A stretch of DNA of 43,803 nt from an uncultured Candidatus Saccharibacteria bacterium (GTDB lineage Bacteria > Patescibacteriota > Saccharimonadia > Saccharimonadales > SZUA-47), in assembly GCA_964536485.1 (NCBI GenBank), contig CAZHXX010000009.1, forward strand, positions 1 through 43,803, in the 5' to 3' direction. The translations under genes and the position numbers were made by a program. The notes under the pieces were generated by a model that did no database searches, was not told the DNA's origin, and saw only the letters and a program-made list of their open reading frames with translations. Below, piece by piece: positions 32,101 through 39,500 of this stretch. Every line of letters starts with the position of its first letter. Within the stretch, counting starts at the first letter, position 1.

Positions 32101-33449
32101 GTATTGACTGTAGCTTTACAGCAACCAGCGTGGGTGCGTCTAACGCAATTATTATTCGCCATAGCGATGCTGTTGAGCACGACTTCTATATCGATAACCT
32201 CAGCGTCACTGTGAGCGCAGACGTTAACCATGCAGTCGATGGTGATGTAGACGTAGCACTTGGCACTAACTGGCAAGCGTATGATGCTGACGGTGGTACA
32301 GGTACCTCAGCAGTTGCTCGAGAAACGACAACTATTTACAACACCAGTGGATCTGTTGCTACGACCACAACTAGTGGATCGGGTGGTGCTGGCGAAGGTG
32401 TTCGAAACAATATGTCTATTACGCCATCAGTAAATACCCAGTACCTCGTTAGTTTCTACGCTAAGAGTTCAACAGCCTTTAGTGATATTACCGTTGGGTT
32501 CTTGCCGGCCGGTGGGTCAACGATCCCTTCGGCGGCACAAAGATGTACTGATTACAATACGCAAACCGTATCAACTTCTTCCTGGACAAAGATTACTTGT
32601 ATCATCCTTACCCCAGGCTCTGGTATATCTGATCCTGATCTTGTAATCTATCAAGGATCTGCAAGTGGTCGTGTATTCTACGTTGATGCTTTGTCTATCA
32701 CGCTAAACACCAACAACTCTTCCAACGTACAAGTAGGCGGTGGAAATAAGGGTGGGCCAACTACTTTGTTCACCCTTGACCGTTCTGCAGGAGCACCAAT
32801 CGCAGACAACAACAACGCATATCTTGGTTCAATGTACTTTGACACTACTACAGGGCGTATCCAGTGCTACGAAGCAGACGGCTGGGGAGCTTGTGGTGCT
32901 GCACCAGACAACATTGTTAACCTTAACCCTGAATACGCAGGTGCCGTTTTGAACGGTACTGGTGTTGGTACCATGACCGCGGACTTCTGCTCAAACGATA
33001 CAGCACTATCTGTTAATTCTACCCTATGTTCTACTGGTCAAGCCAAGAACTACTACAAGTGGACAAGCCCACAGGCAACCTCACAAACATATAGTATTTA
33101 CGTCACTTATCAGTTGCCGGCAACCTTTAACGGCTTTTCAAGTGACGATACAGTACAGCTTACCGCTCGCGTTGACAACACCTCTAACGCATCCGTAACT
33201 TACGAAATGTTTAAGAGTACGGGTTCAGCTGTAACACAATGTGGAAGCGGTGAAACAAACGTCATCACAGGCGGTGGCGGGTCTGCTAATACTTGGTACA
33301 CGTACGGAGTTAACGGAAATGAGGCAACTGGCTGTAGCTTCTCAAGCTCAAGCGCAAGTAACTTCGTTATCTTCAAGATAAATCTAAAGGCAAATTCAAA
33401 CGCCAATGCCTATGTTTCAACCCTAAGCTTCACAACAACTGGTAGATAA
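23106..33449 (+). CDS. giant (3447 aa) T/S/A/G/N-rich repeat fibre or adhesin-like surface protein; the start codon is uncertain
   Basis: Uninterrupted 10.3-kb ORF. Signal-peptide-like hydrophobic segment at about aa 95-112. Conserved N-terminal module from VSAATSNTLNFQGRL. Long low-charge beta-strand-like repeats. Two jelly-roll CBM-like modules and a Cys-containing C-terminal domain. Confidence 0.85.
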   Translation: MKNKFTKKHKHVLIINGTQGMAMLSLAVISGICKYLKSSAPCARLLSSFDTYKNFTNQSSADSASCARALSRLWTGFSARIRHRASSISCARALSLLGVLLMSASLFIGTVQLGNEQVSAATSNTLNFQGRLLTSTGGLVPDGTYNVQFNLYYVSSGGSSLWTETRTNQGGTPVTIQNGYYSVYLGEVTTFPTNIDWSEDLYLGMTVRGTGSCAFGSCTPADSEMTPRFKLTAVPYALRASNVASSSTNAASTNSDGISITTGNALGATSNSGSITIDVGSATGTAGGISLGAGTNAPSSILIGQSGVTTTVQGSLAVTGAGTALSVTNDATIGGTLGVTGLITASGGLTVTNGDTLTNAGATLNTAVAISNVAGGGAIGTAAATVNSATTFNVNQTTASQTLTLPAPTTTTAGRIVYVNNVGSASFTMYGSVIASGASNAFIWNGSSWVTTVSLSGSVVNVVGTLDSQTKSADGAVIASNAIYLQSADATYPGLVSTGSQTFAGAKTFGSTLAVSGTLTANTNLTVGTGAGVGLFTNNGATVNTTLALGNFTGGTSSIGTAATTVDIYTSISINQNSNNQTLTIPTPTASSTYGRILYLSNVGSASFTLGTTLVNPGTTATLIWSNTSSGDSWQFAGADANGIINQNASAQTANFYISGSGRASTSFLAPSFDTATAATLNIGQTNATAIALNKDTSVTGNLSVTSTGANTYSLANTGTLTVSSNLTAGARAAYLMTLSQANDATNNNSSGLLQLNNSDTASTAAVLNITQAATAGTGISFTSLTGGNSITLATTTGTGLNANTVTTGSALSATALTSGAAVIAAIPNGATTASALRVTTAATAISADYTGNIIDISPTRTMTAAATRNESGRYVNIARSSVTNGASSIYNITGDLVNFQSTCTQTQGTCTDSSSILNLSQNYATASGAVLKVNGAGTGNLATLDATNSSANGLSIDVQSSSSSQFAFKVTTGNNTTTAFQVTGDANATFGGNLSFAEGASRAVSVATRSTNSAGNDLSITAGAAGSGASAFSGGNLLLQGGVAAGTGNANGGNVTLRGGNGTGTGVPGIVEIDTPVYTAASTQTFAVNGTISQSVVDGNSTIPVNATAGSLTIALPSPGNTTVGRIIYVTAVSGSNNFTISPSGGISFIMAANSTATFVWNGSAWTNAGVDGGSASYIQNQSSSDQSADFRISGTGRANTSLTTPLLDSISGTLSVGTSTASAITLGKSGITTTNAGAFTVSQLLTANLGATISGATTSINASSNFTTNINTGTSTGAVNIGNSLAGAIALQSASTITTTTADNLANAFDLQEGTNNYINVNTTNSSENISFGNATTNPTYSFLGSGTATFTGLGQFNGKLAVNTLTTADPLAQATISTGATTNKGLVIQAVASQSANILEVQSSVGGNYVTVSSLGTLGATNLNIFSGTGSGGLSKNYSVGTGGVTQYDVVVMANDGGASKAITTTTARDTRVFGVASSTTASGSTAAIYISGNYLVTATSAAVAIGDQLVTSTVAGQVMTDNDATTGIIGIATTAKGAGASGQVGVNIRPVNGVTNPNFQAGNLTTTGTITSGLINGQTISSSANFTGTLTTAGLLTANLGATISGATTSINASSNFTTNINTGTSTGAVNIGNSLAGAIALQSASTITTTTADNLANAFDLQEGTNNYINVNTTNSSENISFGNATTNPSFNFLGSGTLAVAGNQTVGGTLDVTGVVTLTADLTVNGNTAIGNAITDNLTVTAAIQGASALVFDGATNDTNETTFDITDPTADRTITFQNNSGVVPLSTAGNTLFFTTTGATALTLPTSGTLTVNPASGGYLMQVPTTTADNTITPTANSVVGLTVNGTSGTAATAVSIVQGGAATALNINSTSSGSILNLQDGGVSVLTVADGGNTTITANGGTNVALTVNNDGSTGNILNLQDGGVSVLTVADGGNVTVDTTTLFVDASSNEVGIGTINPGTTLEVVGSFSTSGAVSGAGSANYFGQTLSSNNTSQTGLNNQVVYNPGATTTGVFGFNNIVSLDSSAINVNATAGYLRVSTAAGYTGTVGTAKGIEIAAPTIAGTNKFTNYYGIQIANPSANSGNTSGTLTNIGLRVESITAAGGSGGTVSNRGIYLAVPDGSGAGTTSNRGLYITSGSAGGSNYALYSDSAAQSYMAGNFGLGDTSPASLLTVGSGELFQVASTGATTITPTANSTVALTVNGTSGTAATALSVVQAGAATAATISQSAVADGLVITSTNASQVSSTALKVTQSGTSTGFTGNFIDFTGSSTTGAGNLLNLTSVNTSAGNALNVTSNSLTTGNAVNINSTGTGLTTGSLLRVSTATTGAVATNGAIQFSATGNYTSTSNVGLLSVQANSTTAGTIQNINGNALTTGVGLYLGSTSTGITSGSLFYGTTATTGAVATNGIFSLNATGNYTSTSNVGLLNVAANSTVAGTIQNITGNALTTGNALRVTSTGTGLTSGSLIFASSATTGAVATNGAISFQASGNYTSTSNVGFVSIQANSTTAGTVQNIQANALTTGQALYVSSTGTGLTSGSLAYFTTATTGAVATNGIVSLNATGNYTSTSNAGLLNVAANSTTAGTVANISGTALTTGTALNITATSLTTGAALTLNAGTATALSSGGNIIFQELTGTRTLGVQTRTAAATAGTNLTVQAGSASATGVGSAGGVLTLQGGSANGASASANGGNVVIAGGTGYSTGVKGLIVMDTTTYSAAAVQNFTANASITQANVDTYGSILISGNAAGWVATLPDPTITTTGRVIYITNSGSLDITLAANTVGTALSITLKPASTATMYWNGSDWTAAGASSSTDLQAAYNNTATSAGGAEIVLSSTGTGGLTIRNDGTTAITGGLLEVQTSIGSNLFTVNNNAAEYANNGGAESSSFTMWAAAPAGGTVSRYTTAGDNIATGAGSTFVDTTSTANTGAKNTLSTTLTANLKYKVSYTVRHTSSTVAFTTLDTIYSSDGTSTTATCASGSTATYSTWTRIDCSFTATSVGASNAIIIRHSDAVEHDFYIDNLSVTVSADVNHAVDGDVDVALGTNWQAYDADGGTGTSAVARETTTIYNTSGSVATTTTSGSGGAGEGVRNNMSITPSVNTQYLVSFYAKSSTAFSDITVGFLPAGGSTIPSAAQRCTDYNTQTVSTSSWTKITCIILTPGSGISDPDLVIYQGSASGRVFYVDALSITLNTNNSSNVQVGGGNKGGPTTLFTLDRSAGAPIADNNNAYLGSMYFDTTTGRIQCYEADGWGACGAAPDNIVNLNPEYAGAVLNGTGVGTMTADFCSNDTALSVNSTLCSTGQAKNYYKWTSPQATSQTYSIYVTYQLPATFNGFSSDDTVQLTARVDNTSNASVTYEMFKSTGSAVTQCGSGETNVITGGGGSANTWYTYGVNGNEATGCSFSSSSASNFVIFKINLKANSNANAYVSTLSFTTTGR
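23214..23394 (+). repeat. three stem-loops at exact 72-nt spacing with covarying stems and an invariant ATGCGCCC loop
   Basis: Hairpins at 23214-23250, 23286-23322 and 23358-23394. The motif catgcgcccg occurs at 23227, 23299 and 23371. Stem arms differ between copies but remain complementary. Confidence 0.8.
23457..23982 (+). repeat. N-terminal fibre module shared with the paralog at 42387-42912
   Basis: Co-linear DNA similarity. The first ~260 bp have scattered, mostly third-position differences. 23715-23982 differs from 42645-42912 at one position. Confidence 0.9.
26841..27129 (+). repeat. 289-bp perfect intragenic direct repeat, copy 1
   Basis: Base-for-base identical to 27900-28188. The offset is 1059 bp, which is 353 codons and therefore in frame. 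Confidence 0.95.
27900..28188 (+). repeat. 289-bp perfect intragenic direct repeat, copy 2
   Basis: Identical to 26841-27129. Confidence 0.95.
28751..28930 (+). repeat. 54-bp perfect direct repeat pair, 126 bp apart
   Basis: 28751-28804 equals 28877-28930 and encodes ILNLQDGGVSVLTVADGG. Confidence 0.9.
30102..30989 (+). repeat. about four tandem 222-bp (74-aa) coding repeats
   Basis: Units begin at 30102, 30324, 30546 and 30768 (ATTGAVATNG...GNYTSTSNVGLL..ANST.AGT..NI.GNALTTG...STGTGLTSGSL). Confidence 0.85.
31800..32706 (+). other. two tandem jelly-roll carbohydrate-binding-module-like domains (CBM4/9 or CenC-like) within the giant ORF
   Basis: Each module ends in the characteristic hydrophobic-D-aliphatic strand (FYIDNLSVTV at about 32185-32212, FYVDALSITL at about 32680-32706) and has the W-containing ..W.(R/K)I.C.(F/I) strand. 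Confidence 0.45.
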
Positions 33450-33513
33450 GGTACATTTCTGGCTTGTAGCCTCTGTTGTTTTGCTTATGTTTTTGCTATA
33501 CTTTTAGCTATCC

Positions 33514-36500
33514 ATGGGGGTAAAAATACACAAGCAGTTGTGGGGTCGTGTAGCGCGCAAAAACATACCAAAGTTGAGCGCGCAAGAAACAGAGAGATTA
33601 AAGAAGTATAGTACCTCTGATTTTTTGCGCACAACGTTGCGAATGGGGTACCTCACTGTCCTTTCTTTCTGGAGGAGACACCGTCTAGCAAGTCGTGTTG
33701 TGGCTTTCGGCCTTGTAATAATTATTTTGTTCAGTATATTCTCTGATGTCTATGATAAAACCAGGACTATTGTAAGCTATGATCTAACGGGAAGCGTCGC
33801 ACCGCTCGTTGATGAGCCAATCCCACTTTATGCGGATAAGCTTGTATTCAATAGCGAAAAAGAAGCTTACATATACAACCAGAGCTATACTCCAGGTGGA
33901 GAAGTAAGTGGTGACAGCTACGCTCCCAAAATAGAAGCTAGCTTTGAAGGCTCTCCCAATTACGCAACCACGGTAACAGATCCCGTTAATAAAGTCTCAA
34001 TAACACTAACGCCCACTTTTGGACTAAAGGATCCTATAAAAGACTCGAACAGAGTAGTTTACCCAATTAATGGCCTTGGCAAAGGTGCTTCAAAAGTTTA
34101 CACTCTCAAAGCGAGCGGTGTAAAAGAAGACATAATTCTTCGAGAAAAACCGTCAAAGGATAGCTTTGATTTTAAGTACGACGTTTCGCTTTCAGATGGG
34201 CTCGAAATGCGTCTTGAAGGTGATGGTTCAGTGGGAGTTTATGGTGTCGACCCAGCATTATTGGGCAATGTAACGACGGGTTCTGAGGCGGACGCAAAAT
34301 TACTCGATACGGCACGTAAGAATTCTAAGAAAACACATTTCTTGTTCAAGATACCTGCACCTTTTGTTGTTGAAAAGTCTATGAAAAATATTTCTCCATC
34401 TGTAAAAGCAAAGTTTAGCGTTGAAGGTAACACACTTACTCTCCATGCATCCGGACTAAAGTCGGGGTCGTACCCATTAAGTATTGACCCAACAATTTAT
34501 GTTGAAACTGCTCGAAAACTTATGCGAGGAAACAACGAAACAAACATCGACTTTGATGTAACAAATGAGCTTATCCAAAAAAGTCAGACAACTGGGGCGC
34601 GAATTGATTCGTGGACAACTACAACAAACTTAACCAGCGCTGTCTACGGGCAAGGCACAGCAGTTGCTGGTGGGTTCATCTATTCTGCTGGAGGTATAGG
34701 CTCAGGGACAACTGCAACAACAACTATAACATCAACAGGTACTTTTTCTGTTCCTGCAGGAGTAAATTACATTACAGTTAAAGCCTGGGGTGGAGGCGGT
34801 GGAGGCGGTGGAGGCACCGGTGGCACCGGAAGCGGTGGTAACGGAGGCGGTGGTGGCTATGCGAAAGGCGTGATTGCAACCACCCCAGGAGAAACACTTG
34901 ATATAACAATCGGGGCAGGTGGAGCCAAGGCCGCAGCAAATGGTAGAGGAGGCAATGGTGGCTCCGCGACTTATGTAAAACGAAGTAGTACGTATCTCAT
35001 TGAGGCTGGAGCCGGTGGTGGCGGTGGCGGAAGACGCGGCAATAGCGGCGGAACAACAGGTAGTGGAGGAGCTGGTGGTGGTGCGACCGGTGACGCGGCG
35101 ACAGCCGGAAGTGCTGGTGGTGCCGGGCAGGGTGGAACTCAAGTTGGCGGTGGTACTGCAGGTACTGCAGGATCTGGTGGAGCAGCTGGGCGTGCAGGTG
35201 TTTCTCAAGGTGGTGGCGGTGGATCACCAATCGCTACATCATGTACCACCGTTGCAGCATCTGGCGACGGAACACTGGGTTCAGGTGGCGGTGGCGGTTC
35301 TTACACGTCAACTTGTGCACCAGGCGGTGGCGGTGGCGGTGGTTATTACGGTGGCGGTGGCGGTGGTTCAACAAGTACTAACGCTCGTACCGGCGGTGGC
35401 GGTGGCGGTGGTAGCTCGTATATTAACCCAACCGGGCTTGTGGCTGGGACGGATGCGAATAATGATGGGAACGGTAGGACGCCAGGCAATAGCTCAGATA
35501 CTGATCGAGCTGGATATGCAGATGGGGGAAGTGGCGCTACGTCAGCCGCAAGCGCATCGAATGGTGATCAAGGTGTTGTCGTCATCTCGTACACCGCTAC
35601 GGGCTCAATATCGAGCAGTGTATATTGGGCACAATTTAACTCATCAACAAACGCTATTGAGAGTCCTAACCCAGGCACCGGTGCATGCTCAGGATGGTGT
35701 ACAAACTCAGCATATAACTTACCTACCGCGCTTACCAATCTAACGCTTGTTGCGTATAACGGGTTCCTATACGCGGTTGGAGGGCAAAATAGTGGAGGCA
35801 CACCCCAAACCACTGTGTATATAGCAAAGCTTGGAGCAAACGGAGAGCCGCAGTTGTGGCACCCCACAGGAGGAACGCCTACATACTGGTACAGCGACAC
35901 AGCCCTTACCGCAGCCCGTAGCCAGTTTGCTGCTGTTGCCTACAACAACCGCATGTATCTCTTTGGCGGTTTAACAACAAGTACAACTGTCTTAAGTAGC
36001 AATACGGTACAGTTTGCTGACATTAAACCTAATGGAACTTTAACAGGTTTCACAGCCTCCGGCTTACCGCAACTCAGTACCACAACTTCAGGCAATCGTT
36101 ATGGGCTGACCGCACAAGTCTACAATGGCTACGTTTATATACTCGGCGGGGACGCGACATTTTCTGGTACACCGGTTGCTAACGTCGATTACGCCAAATT
36201 AAATAGCGACGGAACTATGAATGCTTGGGTTGCCACCGATGCAATGGTGTCCGGAAGGCTGACGGTTGGAGGAAGCTTTAGTACGATAATTGGCGGATAT
36301 GTCTATGTTAATGGTGGGTGTAGTACCGTGAACGCAAGCGGGTATTGTACGGCAATAGCCTCGGATGTACTGCTTACTAGTATTAATTCGGATGGGAGCC
36401 TTGCCAACTGGAACTCAATCAGTACGCTCACCAATGACCGCTTTGCCCATACCATGATTGCGTGGCAAGGGGGGTTGTATAGGTTAGGAGGCTGTCGCTC

Positions 36501-39500
36501 GCAAGATAGTCTTACTGGGGCATGCCTTAACACGGTGCTCGATGTGGACTATGGGGTTATAAATCCTGAAGGCGAGGCAAGTACCGTAGCAACCTCTGTT
36601 ACGAGCGGAACAAGTCCTTGCACAGGAACCCCGGCGCCTTACGGGTGTAGCTTGCCGTCTACCGTTGGAAACATGCTTAATGCAACGGCTATTATCAATG
36701 GGTTCCTGTACATTATGGGAGGTTGTACAAATAACGCCTGTACAACTTTCTCAAGTGGTGTTACCTACCAAGCAATAGGAAGTGACGGAACACTTCAAAA
36801 GCCTAGTTCTTGTGCCGGAACCTATAGCGCTTCATATTGTGTAAGTTACCAATCACTTCCTTTGGCACTAGGCGCTCCTGGTGTAACGGTATTCAACAAT
36901 CGTATTTACATTGTGGGCGGTTTTCCAAGTGTGAGCAATATTTACTATGCAACCGTTAACTACGACGGTAGTTTAGGGAACTGGCAAAATAACGATACCA
37001 ACACGGGCACAACAATGACTGCAGATGCAGTCTCTTATACTTTCGCTTACGCCCGTGCTAATCCTGCTTCCGCTGGAACAAATCCAGGTAATATGTACAT
37101 TATTGGTGGCTGTAGCGGTTCGATTACAGATATTGGTTGTAGTGGCTATTCATCAGCGGTCTATAAGTGTAATATCACCTCTACTGGAACTGTCACTGGA
37201 TGCGACACAACGGGTCAGTTGCAAATAGGTACCGTTACAGGTAATGATGGCGATCCTACTGCGGGGGGTCTTGGTGCATTTGCCTCAGCAGTATATGCAA
37301 ATTATATCTATCTCATGGGTGGTCTTTCCGCATCAGCGCCAAGCACTACAAACGGTACGGACTTAACGCATGTTCGCTATGCAAAATTTGATGATAGTAA
37401 CAATATCGTTGCAGTCAGCGGTAGTGACTGGGTTGAAGGAACCAACGAAATGGTAACTGGTCGTCGTCGCGGGTCTGGATTTGGGTACAATGGCTACCTC
37501 TATGTTATGGGTGGATATGATGGTACAGACGCAATTGCAGATATTGAATTCGCAAAGATAGATGTGAGCGATGGGAGCTGGGATGCTTTTGATCAATCTT
37601 CAGTCACTATTCAGAAGCGTTGGGCCTTAACAAGCGCAGTCTCTAACTCCTACGCTTATGTAATCGGGGGCTGTACTGCTGGACCAGCTCCAGGCGGATG
37701 TACAACACGAACCAGCACTATTCAGACATTCCAAATTTACAACAATGATAGTGGTACTCCAGTAAATTACAGTGCCGGTGCGAATTTATTCGCTACAGAT
37801 CGTATGGGAGCGGGTAGCGCAATATACAACAATTACATCTATGTTGCGGGTGGCTGTATAAGCACCACGAGTGACTGTAGCGATGCAACAGATAATACAC
37901 AGTTTGCTCATCTCGATGCATATGGAAATATAGATACAGCCTGGGCAAATACCACAGATGCGACGCTACCTGGTGAAAGAGCGCACGGCAAGCTTATCGA
38001 GGCAGGTGGGACCCTGTATTGGATTGGCGGTCAGAACGATGCAGGCACGGCACAGTCAGACGTATATTATGCTGTGCCAGACAATTCAACAGGAAATATT
38101 GCCTCTTGGGCTACTGCCTCGAATGGTCTCCCAGCAGCTCGTAGCCAGTTTGGCGCAGCCGAATGGAATGATCGTTTATATGTAGTTGCTGGTATCAACA
38201 GCGGTGGTACCGTGCAAAATACCGTGTATTACAGTCCTACTCTATCAAGCACTTCTAGTGGAGGAAACATTGGTTCAGCTTGGACCTCTTCAACAGCTCC
38301 GGATGTTGCCAGAAGCGGTAACGCAGTCGTGGCCTATGCGAACAATCTCTACACCTTTGGAGGCTTTGACGGTACAAACTACTTAAATGATGCACAATTT
38401 ACACAAATTAATTCAGACGGGAGCGTAGACCCTTGGACCTTTACAACAGCTCTTCCCTCGCGCTTGCGCCAGGCAGAAGGCTTCGCAGCAAATGGGTATT
38501 TGTATCTCGTTGGTGGACGTACAGATGACACCACTTGTGCATCAAAAACCCTCGTAACGCCTATTAGCGCTAACACAACTATTGTCACAGGGAATAATCC
38601 AACTGGTGTCGGTGAGTGGTTTGAGACTAATGTGAAATACTCTGGCCGTCGCTACGCAGGAAGTGTGTCATATGCAAACGGCAAATACTACACTCTAGGG
38701 GGGGTCTGTAGTGGCTTTCCATCGGTAAAAAATCGACTTGTTGAAGAGTTTTCAACAGCAGCAACCTCACACCCAGTGGATATGCCAGCAACTGTTGATG
38801 CCGGTGACTTACTGCTTGTATTGTTTACGAACGATATGGCAGCCGGAGGCACAACAACAACCCCTGCTGGCTGGACTTCAAAGGCAAGTGACGCTCAAAA
38901 CAACGCTGTCCGTGGCGGTGTGTATGTAAAAGTTGCCGACGGGACAGAAGATGCCACAACAGTTGACTTTGTCACATCGGCTGCGGAAGAAGCATCTGCT
39001 CAAGTGTATCGCATACCAAGCGGTGAATGGTCAGGCACTACAGCGGGAGTTGAAGTTTCAGCGGTGAGTGGTGCTTCTACTAATGCCCCAAACCCAGCTT
39101 CATTAAACCCAGGTGCGTGGGGCACCGAGAACACCCTCTGGATAGCCTATACCGGTGCATCAAGCTATACCTCAGTAACAACATACCCAACCTCGTTCAG
39201 TGGTGGCGTCCACAACCTGTCTAACACCGGTACCGGTGGCGCAAGCACGTCGTCTGCTTGGTTCGAATCTGCCGTTGCAAGTGTTGACCCTGGGGCGTTC
39301 GCTGTTGCAAATACAACAGATAGTGTTGCATATACTATTGGCATCCGGCCTTCTGGCTATGCACTGACTGGGTCTAATAGGATTATACAAACCGCAGTTT
39401 ATTCTCAACCTCAGGTTGCGATGTACTCCAGAATGATAGATACAGATACGGATGTTTTTCCAACATCGTGGCTTTTAAACGGTATAGATAACTCCATTGG

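Noticed and set aside
35000-35743. The 247-aa alternative-frame + ORF, and 34732-35208 on the minus strand, within the glycine-rich region
   Set aside because: They are artefacts of GGY-codon repeats, which are open in several frames. They lie entirely inside the well-supported 2135-aa ORF.
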